Positions 8,544 through 16,780 of a DNA stretch of 64,000 bases are shown here, one piece after another. Source of the stretch: a virus (lineage: Duplodnaviria > Caudoviricetes); IMG/VR virus record IMGVR_UViG_2833400001_000001, positions 5,232 through 69,231 of that record; one strand, written 5' to 3'. The position numbers and the translations under genes were made by a program. Every line of letters starts with the position of its first letter. Position 1 is the first letter of the stretch. Under the pieces are notes generated by a model, which had not been told where the DNA came from, made no database searches, and was given only the letters and a program-made list of their open reading frames with translations.

Positions 8544-9724
8544 GTTTACCAGATATTCAATTTACGCCAGAAGGCGTCATTTTGCCAACAGAAGAAGATA
8601 TTTTAAACGGATTGTTTGATATTTTTGATACTGCGTTTAGTAGCAAGTTAAACAGAAACTTAGAAACACCACAAGGCCAACTTATCACATCACTTACCGC
8701 AATCATTGCTGATAAAAATAATCAAATTGCCTGGCTAGCTAATAATCTCGATCCGACATTTAGTGACGGTCGAATGCAAGATGCAATTGGTAATATTTAT
8801 TTTTTATCACGCAAAGGACAAATAAATTCAACTGTAGTTTGTGAGTTTACTGGTATGGCTGGAACAGTAATACCGAAAGGCTTTGAGCTTGTTGATAACA
8901 ATGGAAATTCTTGGTTTTTGAATAAAGAAATATCTATATTATCTAGCGGCACAGTGACAGGAGAACTGACGGCAGCTGGTGTATATAGTGCAGAAAAAAA
9001 CACGATTACTACAATTAAGAGTGCTATTGTTGGCTTAGATAGAGTAACTAATCAAGAAGCGGCTATTATCGGTATTGAAAAAGAAAATCGAGCTGATTTC
9101 GGCACTAGAATCAAAAATAGTGTGGCGAAAAACTCGCAGGGTATGTTGGGTTCTATTTATTCTAACGTATCTGATTTAACAGGCGTTTTAGATTGTTACG
9201 TTGTTGATAATGTCAAAGATACACCGATTACTGTTGGCGTAACAAATTACACGCTTACACCGCATAGTGTTTATGTTGCTGTTGTTGGTGGTGATGAAGC
9301 AGAGATCGCAAAAAATATTTGGATCTACACAGGGAATGGTTGCGATTATAACGGTAATACAACAGTCAATGTTACAGATGATAACTACCAAACACCAAAA
9401 CCGACATATGAAGTTAAGTTTATGCGCCCAAATCCAACACCAATCTATTTTAGAGTCAAAGTAAGACAAGGTGCGCAATTAAATTATGAAAGTGCGGTAA
9501 AAGAAGCGATTATTAATGCATTTAGTAGAGAAACACTCAATAAAATAGGTAGTCAGTTGTATGCAATGACTTATGCAAGTGACATCATCACTGCACTATC
9601 AGGAAGTAAGCTACTTGATATTGATGTGTCTTTATCAAGAGATAATTATGCTGATTATGTTGAGTTAGGAATAGATCAATATCCTATTGTGTCATCAGAT
9701 AGCATTGAGGTGATATTAGTATGA
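8540..9724 (+). CDS. Baseplate J/gp47-like protein
   Basis: 394 aa; ETPQGQL, DGRMQDAIG, PHSVYVAVVGG, GCDYNGNTTV motifs. Confidence 0.85.
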   Translation: MSLPDIQFTPEGVILPTEEDILNGLFDIFDTAFSSKLNRNLETPQGQLITSLTAIIADKNNQIAWLANNLDPTFSDGRMQDAIGNIYFLSRKGQINSTVVCEFTGMAGTVIPKGFELVDNNGNSWFLNKEISILSSGTVTGELTAAGVYSAEKNTITTIKSAIVGLDRVTNQEAAIIGIEKENRADFGTRIKNSVAKNSQGMLGSIYSNVSDLTGVLDCYVVDNVKDTPITVGVTNYTLTPHSVYVAVVGGDEAEIAKNIWIYTGNGCDYNGNTTVNVTDDNYQTPKPTYEVKFMRPNPTPIYFRVKVRQGAQLNYESAVKEAIINAFSRETLNKIGSQLYAMTYASDIITALSGSKLLDIDVSLSRDNYADYVELGIDQYPIVSSDSIEVILV

Positions 9725-10338
9725 TTGATGTCGATAAAACAATAATCAGCCAATACGCCAATAGCCCAATTATCTGCAATTTCATTGAAAGCCTTAATAC
9801 TTGTATCGATCCAAGTAAGAATATTGATGATTTTTACAATTTGATCTGGAATCTAAACACAGCAAAAGGAATTGGACTAGATATTTGGGGGAATATCGTA
9901 GGAATAAACCGCTACATTTTAATTAATGAAAAAAATCAGTTTCTAGGCTCATCTTTGTCAGATAAAGATTTAGAAGATTTTAAGCTAAACACTAATTATC
10001 GAATGAATGATGAAATGTTTAGAAGCATGATTTTCATGAAAGCGTACAGCAATATCATCTACTGTACTGCACATCATATTAATCAATTACTCTCAAACTT
10101 ATTCAAAAAACGTGGACGAGCTTACTTTGTAAAAAATGGAACAATGAAAGCGAGATACGTTTTTGAATTTAATCTCTTACCAGTTGAAAAGGCAGTATTA
10201 ATCAGTACTGATCTATTGCCGCGGCCAACTGGCGTCCTCATAGATTATTACGAACCAGACATCACAAAAACGTTCGGTTTCATAGAAGCAGGATTAGCGC
10301 CATTCGGAGAGGGTGCTTTCTATATCGGCGACGCCTAA
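9721..10338 (+). CDS. Baseplate wedge protein (DUF2612-type)
   Basis: TIISQYANSP, TAKGIGLDIWG, LLPRPTGV motifs. Confidence 0.8.
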   Translation: MIDVDKTIISQYANSPIICNFIESLNTCIDPSKNIDDFYNLIWNLNTAKGIGLDIWGNIVGINRYILINEKNQFLGSSLSDKDLEDFKLNTNYRMNDEMFRSMIFMKAYSNIIYCTAHHINQLLSNLFKKRGRAYFVKNGTMKARYVFEFNLLPVEKAVLISTDLLPRPTGVLIDYYEPDITKTFGFIEAGLAPFGEGAFYIGDA

Positions 10339-10419
10339 TTACTAAATCAATTCAATTTTACACATAACCCACAGCAGCAATGTTGTGGGTTTTTTGTTTT
10401 CTGAAAACAGGGAAATGTC

Positions 10420-11493
10420 ATGAATACACCAAAACTCATTTCAAAGACGTGGGCTGAAAACGGCTTAAAAAATAGCATTCCTAACGATAGAGAAGTCGGA
10501 TTTTCTGATGAAAGGGCGACTTATGAAGAAGGATTTCCATCTATCACAATGACACCTATTGCGCAGGGTGGTAAAGCGCCATCAGGTAAAGATATGAACG
10601 GTATTTTGCATGAAATTACAGCTCATATCGTTTTCCAAAATAAAGGTGGAACGTATCAATTCAATCAAGATTTTGCTAATGAAATTGGTGGGTATGAAAG
10701 AGGATCTATATTAATCAGTGATGATTACACAACAGTATTTGTAAGCTTAGTTGATAACAATACATTAAATTTTAACACAGCCGAAGATTATTCTAGATAT
10801 TGGTCTGTTATTGCCACAACTGGTGTCGCACCGAAAGATCTAGATGAAACAAGCGAAAGTATAACAGATAAAGCAGGTCACTCTCACAAATTACCGATTG
10901 CGACATTATTCGCCAAAGGTATTACAAGTCTATATTCAGGCTATGATTTAGCTAGAGAGGATTTAGCTGCAACACCAAAAGCTATAAATACACTAAAAGC
11001 CTTTATAGATGCACTCGCATCTAATCAACAAAACTATATTCCTAACAGCAAAAAATCTAACTCATTAACATCACCAAGCGCTGACAATGTTGCTACTAGC
11101 TATGCAGTTAATCAAATTTATTCAGCGGTTGTTGCATTATTCAATGGTGATAGATCGGGATTTCAGAGTATTGTTAATTCGTGGGGTGTTTCAGGTATTA
11201 CGCCACTCGGTGTTTCATACGATTTTACTAATCCAAATGCATGGTGGATTAAGTTTGGCCCACTCTATGGAAATCTAATTATCCAAGGGGGACTGATCAA
11301 CGTGACTGGAACTGCTCGATGGTATAATTACCCCATCACTATGTCGAAAAGATTATGTGTAATAATCGGCGCTGCCACATCGCAAGAATGGGGTGTTGTC
11401 GATAGCGTACTTAGCGATACATCAAAATTTCAAGCGAGAAAAACTAATGATAGCTCAGGAACAAATTATTGGTACGCTATAATTGGAGCCTAG
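10420..11493 (+). CDS. Tail fibre: constant region plus currently expressed variable tip (cassette A, 11283-11493)
   Basis: N-term GFPSITMTP..GGKAP.GKDMNGIL baseplate anchor; HSHKLP and AATPKA fibre repeats; NLIIQGG junction coincides with the repeated crossover site. Confidence 0.9.
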   Translation: MNTPKLISKTWAENGLKNSIPNDREVGFSDERATYEEGFPSITMTPIAQGGKAPSGKDMNGILHEITAHIVFQNKGGTYQFNQDFANEIGGYERGSILISDDYTTVFVSLVDNNTLNFNTAEDYSRYWSVIATTGVAPKDLDETSESITDKAGHSHKLPIATLFAKGITSLYSGYDLAREDLAATPKAINTLKAFIDALASNQQNYIPNSKKSNSLTSPSADNVATSYAVNQIYSAVVALFNGDRSGFQSIVNSWGVSGITPLGVSYDFTNPNAWWIKFGPLYGNLIIQGGLINVTGTARWYNYPITMSKRLCVIIGAATSQEWGVVDSVLSDTSKFQARKTNDSSGTNYWYAIIGA

Positions 11494-11725
11494 CCAAGGG
11501 GGAGTCGTTAGAGCTAATGGAATGCCTATTCCTTGGAGTTTCACTTATCCAATTGTGTTATCCTCAAATTTATTATATGCAGATGTAATTAGATATGGTG
11601 GTGCAGGTGCATTCTCAGAGATTATTCAATATAGAGGGTTATCATATTTTACTTGGATAGATAAAGATTGCAGCAACAAAACTGGAGGAGGTGATATTGT
11701 TGGCGTTATTGTTGTTGGGGTCTAA
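11494..11725 (+). other. Silent tail-fibre tip cassette B (QGGVVRANG...VIVVGV*)
   Basis: Open frame from site to TAA; no own start codon or RBS. Confidence 0.85.
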
Positions 11726-11981
11726 CCAAGGGGTAGGTATAGTTAGAGTAAAAGCAACGAACGGGCTAGGTATAACGGTAAACTATCCTGTCAATTTATC
11801 TAAATTTTTGGGAGCAGTAATGACTCCAGAATCTGGGCAAATTGACAATACCAAACCTTACCCTACATTTGAGGGAACGAAATTAAGAAATGCAACAAAT
11901 ACTAGCATATATTATTACAATGATTACGAGAGCACAGAAATAGATAGCATTGTGAGTCTGTTTATTGTAGGTGTTAATTAG
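11726..11981 (+). other. Silent tip cassette C (QGVGIVRVK...FIVGVN*)
   Basis: Variant site CCAAGGGGTA; open to TAG 11979-11981. Confidence 0.85.
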
Positions 11982-11986
11982 TCTAG

Positions 11987-12227
11987 CCAAGGGGGAATGA
12001 TTGCCGATCTTATATCTAACAGACCTGTTTATTTGCCGATAAGCGTGAACAATATTTTTGGTGTTTGGGGTAGTGATGTTGCAGAATATCCCAACCCCAT
12101 CGTGTTTAATTTTAACTATTTCACAAGTATATCTTTTTCAGTAAATGGCGACAGAATAAAATCAAAGATGGATGATCTACACACAGGTACTAATATGTGG
12201 TGTAGATGGATTTGTGTTTGTATTTAA
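11987..12227 (+). other. Silent tip cassette D (QGGMIADL...ICVCI*)
   Basis: Open frame from site to TAA 12225-12227. Confidence 0.85.
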
Positions 12228-12230
12228 TAA

Positions 12231-12444
12231 TTAAACGCCAAGAAATAGTACATTACAAAGCGGTTTATCTGGAAGTCGCGGATCTGATGTTATTCTGTAC
12301 TCAGACTGACTTATAGCACTAATACCGAGCGGAACCGATACGCCGCCAACGTCGGTTGCGACAGACGATATACAACGTTCAGAGAATTGTATTGCAAATT
12401 TTGCAACGGTATTTCTATTTTCACACCAAATCAATCCCCCTTGG
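12231..12444 (-). other. Silent tip cassette E (QGGLIWCEN...LFLGV*)
   Basis: Minus-strand site; converges on cassette D. Confidence 0.85.
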
Positions 12445-12450
12445 CTCGCA

Positions 12451-12682
12451 TTAAATACCAACAACGTAGTACATCGCTGGCCAGTTCGGAGCTTTAGTCG
12501 GAGATTCTGGCGAATAAAACCTTATGCGAACTGAAGAATTATTAGTTGTATTTTCATAGATATTGAAACTCATTGTTAATGATCCAATGTGCATCATATC
12601 CATATAAAACAAATGTGTTAATTTAATTGGGGATGTCACCGTTGCTTCTGCATTAGAATCTGATTTGATCAGTCCCCCTTGG
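12451..12682 (-). other. Silent tip cassette F (QGGLIKSD...YVVGI*)
   Basis: Shares CCAAGGGGGACTGATCAA with the expressed site. Confidence 0.85.
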
Positions 12683-12931
12683 CTAGACACCAACGCTTAT
12701 CCAGTGAGTAAGTATATTTTTTAGATTTTTATCACCGGCACTAGCTACAAACCAAAAATCACGCAGTCCTAAATTTTCAGCAGTTTTCGATAAATAGTAA
12801 TCGTTTATTCCAAGTCCAAGTTCTCCGCTAGCATAGAAATGACTTTTTTGTATGAAATTGCTAATGATATTTTAGAGATGCTGTAACCTTTACCATCATA
12901 GTTAAAAGCATGTATAAAAGCTCCCCCTTGG
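12683..12931 (-). other. Silent tip cassette G (QGGAFIHAFNY...WISVGV*)
   Basis: Translated by hand, open frame to TAG at 12683-12685; absent from ORF track. Confidence 0.85.
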
Positions 12932-12938
12932 CTAGGCG

Positions 12939-13158
12939 TTAGATGCCAGCAACAACATACCTACACCATACATTCGATGTTGCTCCCGACCTTCGTCCAG
13001 ACACTCTAAATGATGACAAACTATAATCGTAAAAACTTATTGACAATGGATCTGTTACAGCAACATCATTAGCTAATACACATAGCATTTGACTAGATAA
13101 ATTTATGGGTATAGTAACTCTTGTACCGTTGACAATATCAAAAAGGATTCCCCCTTGG
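12939..13158 (-). other. Silent tip cassette H (QGGILFDIVNG...YVVAGI*)
   Basis: Translated by hand, open frame to TAA at 12939-12941; absent from ORF track. Confidence 0.85.
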
Positions 13159-13308
13159 CTCGATAAATCAGAATAAAAATGACACTGAAAGCCATTAAAA
13201 AAAACATTAAAAAAATGAAATAAGTATCAAATAAGTAACACGTTTAAACATAGATTAATAAGGCTTTAAATGTGTTTTAAATTTTTAAATAAGTAACATT
13301 TAAGTAAC

Positions 13309-14334
13309 TTATTTTAATAGATTTATTGTTTTTCTTAAGTGAATCAATGTCTTATGTGTATATACTGCATCTCCAACGTTTGATGATGCGTGTCCGAGTA
13401 ATTTATCTCGAGCAACTTTGTTTGCTCCAGCGGCGTCAAGTAATGTTGCAACTGTGTGTCGGCAATCGTGTGTGCTATGCTTTGCTCTGATTGCACGCAT
13501 TACTCGTGCAAATTGTGATGCTGCTTGCGAGTAAATTAGAGCCGTTAAATCTTGATTAACAAATAAGTATTTTGCGCGCTTATTCTCGTGCATTTTTCGT
13601 TCAATAATGGGGAGTATACGTGGGTGTATTGGGATAATACGGATGCCGGCTTTTGTCTTTGCCGTCACAATATCAAAATACTTTTGCTTAAGATTTACGC
13701 AAGACCGCTTTAGTTGCAACAACTCACTGACTCGCATACCGGTGTACAGTAAAATTAGCGTTAAATCGGTGTTGACTGTCGTACATTGCCACACTCGATT
13801 AATTTGTTGGCGTGAAAATATTTTATGTGGGTTTTTCGGAGTATTTTTGCCCATTTGCAAATATTGTCCATATGACTTATCTACCCATTCGTTAATAATA
13901 GCGTATGAAAATAGTTGGTTAATCAAAGATCTTACTTTTTTAAGACTTGCGTATGACAATCCTTTTTCTCGCATTGTATCTAGCACTGTCTGTAGATGAC
14001 GATATTTAATCTTATTAATCGGCATTGCGCTAATCGTTGCAAGGTGATTATAGCTATTTTGATAACTTGATGCGGTTGCAATAGATACTTGTTTTGTGTG
14101 AATTGGATACCAGAGCTGATAAACTTTTGCGAGAGTTACGCTAGGCTCTGGCTTGTCTTGCTGATTGTAATTAGCTAGTGCAGTTAATGCTTCGTCTCTT
14201 GTTGCGTAGTATCCAATTACATTATAAATCTGTTTTTTCTTTTCATTATATCCCACGGTCTTGCGAGCAACATAAGGTTTGCGTCTTGATCCACTTAACT
14301 TCACAACTGAGCCATAGCCATTTGGTAGTCTCAT
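13309..14334 (-). CDS. Tyrosine recombinase, probable shufflon invertase
   Basis: Catalytic set TGMRVSEL, KTKAG, HDCRH, LGH, VYTH; directly beside the inverted-site cluster. Confidence 0.85.
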   Translation of the reverse strand: MRLPNGYGSVVKLSGSRRKPYVARKTVGYNEKKKQIYNVIGYYATRDEALTALANYNQQDKPEPSVTLAKVYQLWYPIHTKQVSIATASSYQNSYNHLATISAMPINKIKYRHLQTVLDTMREKGLSYASLKKVRSLINQLFSYAIINEWVDKSYGQYLQMGKNTPKNPHKIFSRQQINRVWQCTTVNTDLTLILLYTGMRVSELLQLKRSCVNLKQKYFDIVTAKTKAGIRIIPIHPRILPIIERKMHENKRAKYLFVNQDLTALIYSQAASQFARVMRAIRAKHSTHDCRHTVATLLDAAGANKVARDKLLGHASSNVGDAVYTHKTLIHLRKTINLLK

Positions 14335-14426
14335 TTTTATCCTCCGTGTTTTTCTTTAAACCAGTTTAAAATCAATTATCTTTTGTTTTGTATAAGCTAA
14401 TTACAGTTAAATAAGAGGTAATTAGT

Positions 14427-15068
14427 ATGGCACTAACACATTTAATTGTTATTGATCCAAAGAGTGGAGAAAGAGTGACATCTTATGTTGTACCAATTCA
14501 CGGTAAAACATATGAGGTGTTACTAGATAAAGCGCAAGCAGACTATCCCGGATATCTATATTTGCGAGATAATGATGGTGAGTTGCAAGCGATATTAACG
14601 CGTCAAGATGCGCATTGGTTTAACAATAAAGTTCAGATTAGACCATCTCAAATTCACGACTGGGATGGTTCTGCGTGGGTGATTAACGAAGAAAAAAAAG
14701 CAGAGTTACTTAAAAATCAACAAAGTGCAACTTGGGAGCACATTAAAGCAGAAAGGACAAGACGTACTGAAGGTGGTGTCTATGTTAAATCAGTTGATAA
14801 ATGGTTTCACACAGATCAGCCGAGCCGTATTCAGTATTTAAGTATTCAACAAATGCCGACATTACCAGAAAGTTTTGCTTGGAAAACTATGGATAATACA
14901 TTTGTTAATATGACAAAAGCATTGATTGATGAATTGATTTTATCTTTGCGCATTAAAGAACAAGCTGATTTTGCAAACGCAGAGCGACATAAAGCGGCAA
15001 TGTTAGAGAGCGATAACCCCGCAGACTATGACTATTCAGCAGGATGGAGTGACATTTATGACGAATAA
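14427..15068 (+). CDS. Tail fibre assembly-type protein (DUF4376-like)
   Basis: HDWDGSAW, WEHIKAER..GGV...KWFHTD, WKTMDN, AERHKAAM motifs; homologous to 56853-57590. Confidence 0.75.
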   Translation: MALTHLIVIDPKSGERVTSYVVPIHGKTYEVLLDKAQADYPGYLYLRDNDGELQAILTRQDAHWFNNKVQIRPSQIHDWDGSAWVINEEKKAELLKNQQSATWEHIKAERTRRTEGGVYVKSVDKWFHTDQPSRIQYLSIQQMPTLPESFAWKTMDNTFVNMTKALIDELILSLRIKEQADFANAERHKAAMLESDNPADYDYSAGWSDIYDE

Positions 15069-15523
15069 TGTTTATCTTGCTCTGTATAAAGGAAAACGTA
15101 GCGGTAAATCGCTTTATGCACACTGGTGTAGATTGTGTGATTTGTTAATTCGCAAATGCACCCGCGGTAAATACAGTCACTGCGAAATTGCGGTGAAAAA
15201 GGATGGATTTTATGAGTGTTACAGTTCATCTGTGCGTGACGGTGGTGTGCGTAAAAAAGTGATTGATGTTGATGATGGCAAAGTGGGATTTGATTTTGCT
15301 CAATGGCGTGTCTGAATCACAGATTGTCTATTATTATCAACTGACGAAAGAAAAAAAATACGACTGGTGGGGTGCATTAGGACTGATTTTTTTAATTTCA
15401 GAACGGCGTGATAAATATTTTTGTAGCGAGTGGTGCGCAAGAGCAATCAACTATGGCTGCGAAGGATGGCGATTCTCTCCTAATCACTTGGCTGCTATTT
15501 TTAGGGGGTGTGCAATGAAATAA
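15058..15523 (+). pseudogene. Frameshifted phage protein (YSHCE / KYDWWG / KYFCSEWC, permuted papain-like pattern)
   Basis: ORFs 15028-15315 and 15263-15523 join into one protein if one A is removed from GGCAAAGTGG at 15280-15282. Confidence 0.7.
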
Positions 15524-15658
15524 ATGATATAAGACGGCAGTGTAATACGCGTTCCGCCACGCATTACACCCGATTATACAGACATCTCCTGCATAAACGT
15601 TGCCGCCACCCTGCAAGGCAGGCGGATTATAACAGAAATCACTTAAAGTGAGATTATT

Positions 15659-15793
15659 ATGCAAGGTAAAATCCAAGAATGTCGTTGTAAGTGCTGCAAA
15701 AAGCTACTGGCACGAACAATAAATGCACAATTTTTAGAGATTAAGTGTGTGCGTTGTAAGACAGTAAATACATTTACTCAAGTAATCCGTTAA
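15659..15793 (+). CDS. com: Com-family zinc-finger regulator (44 aa)
   Basis: MQGKIQECRCKCCKKLLAR...LEIKCVRCKTVN: two CxxC pairs, upstream of a DNA modification gene as in Mu-like phages; not in ORF track. Confidence 0.85.
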   Translation: MQGKIQECRCKCCKKLLARTINAQFLEIKCVRCKTVNTFTQVIR

Positions 15794-15851
15794 TTAACTT
15801 AGAGTGTCGGAACACCTAGAGTGTCGGAATGCCATAATAAAGGAAATTATT

Positions 15852-16688
15852 ATGGCAAAACAATTCAAACAAGCTCCACTGCCTTTTATTGGGCAGAAAA
15901 GAATGTTCATTAATCATTTCACAAAAATTTTAAATGAGTATATCAATGATGACGGCGAAGGTTGGACAATTATTGATGTATTTGGTGGAAGTGGTTTACT
16001 TGCTCACACAGCTAAGCATTTAAAACCAAAAGCGCGTGTAATTTATAATGATTTTGATGGCTATACTGAACGCTTGAAACACATTGATGAAATTAACCAG
16101 TTACGTCAAATATTAAGCGAATTATTAGAGGACTGTCCTCGACAGAAACGTCTTGATATTGCTAGCCGTCATAAAGTTATTGAGGCGATTGAGCAGTTTA
16201 AGGGATACAAAGACCCACATATTTTATGTGCTTGGTTGTTGTTTAGCGGACAACAAATAAACTCTCTTAATGAGTTGTATCGCCACGGTTTTTATAATTG
16301 CGTCAGACAAAGCGATTATCTTGATGCAGAAGGCTATCTTGATGGTATTGAGGTTGTTAATGAAAGTTTTCGCACGTTAATGCCTCAATTTTTACAAGAT
16401 AAGAAAGTATTATTCGTGTTGGATCCGCCTTATTTATGCACGCAGCAAGCAAGCTACAGGCAAGAAAGTTACTTTGATTTAATTGATTTTCTTGAGTTGA
16501 TTCGTTTGACTCGCCCTCCGCACATCTTTTTTAGTTCAACAAAATCAGAATTCATGCGGTTTGTAGATTGGCTAATCGCAACAAAAGGAAGTAATTGGAA
16601 GTCTTTTGCAGGTTATCAGAGAGTTATCGTCCAAACATCTACAAGTTATAGCGGACGGTATGAGGATAACTTAATTTATAAAATTTAA
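15852..16688 (+). CDS. DNA adenine methyltransferase-like protein (D12 class; Mu-like phage terminal gene)
   Basis: APLPFIGQKR, DVFGGSG (SAM binding), LDPPY (motif IV); ATG 15852 after AAGGA RBS. Confidence 0.85.
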   Translation: MAKQFKQAPLPFIGQKRMFINHFTKILNEYINDDGEGWTIIDVFGGSGLLAHTAKHLKPKARVIYNDFDGYTERLKHIDEINQLRQILSELLEDCPRQKRLDIASRHKVIEAIEQFKGYKDPHILCAWLLFSGQQINSLNELYRHGFYNCVRQSDYLDAEGYLDGIEVVNESFRTLMPQFLQDKKVLFVLDPPYLCTQQASYRQESYFDLIDFLELIRLTRPPHIFFSSTKSEFMRFVDWLIATKGSNWKSFAGYQRVIVQTSTSYSGRYEDNLIYKI

Positions 16689-16697
16689 ATGGCGTTT

Positions 16698-16780
16698 AAA
16701 ACCACATAAAGTGAGATTTTTGCGTTTTTAATATTCTCATTTTATGTGGTTTCATTTCTCAAATTATGCGGCTTGCTACA
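16698..16780. promoter_or_regulatory. Mu-type right end: sites R3 (16699-16718, inverted), R2 (16733-16752), R1 (16755-16774), terminal CA
   Basis: R2 ATTCTCATTTTATGTGGTTT vs R1 TTTCTCAAATTATGCGGCTT 15/20 at 22-bp period; R3 reverse complement 18/20 to R2; R1 ends 6 bp before ...GCTACA. Confidence 0.8.

Larger units (their letters stand above)
11283..13158. repeat. Eight shufflon crossover sites CCAAGGGG(G/T)A: + strand 11283, 11494, 11726, 11987; - strand ending 12444, 12682, 12931, 13158
   Basis: Read directly; every site gives CAA GGG G (Gln-Gly) in frame with the following cassette. Confidence 0.95.
1..16780 (+). mobile_element. Prophage 1, right part: contractile tail module, tail-fibre shufflon, com/methyltransferase, Mu-type right end
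   Basis: Co-oriented sheath/tube/tape measure/baseplate/fibre genes; ends in a Mu-like end structure with terminal CA at 16779-16780; left end outside window. Confidence 0.9.

Noticed and set aside
11483-12693. ORF-track entries in the cassette region as independent small genes
   Set aside because: Their apparent starts are incidental; homology begins at the QG junction and two equivalent cassettes have no start at all
10420-13158. Diversity-generating retroelement as source of fibre variation
   Set aside because: No reverse transcriptase and no TR/VR pair differing at adenines; cassettes are unrelated beyond the junction
13309-14334. Recombinase as the integrase marking the end of prophage 1
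   Set aside because: Phage tail genes continue on both sides, it abuts eight inverted sites, and the element ends 2.4 kb further on in a Mu-type end
15535-15548. ACGGCAGTGTA upstream of com as a solitary CRISPR repeat
   Set aside because: Lacks the CTGCC partner at 5-nt spacing and the CTTAGAAA handle; better explained as part of the com leader structure
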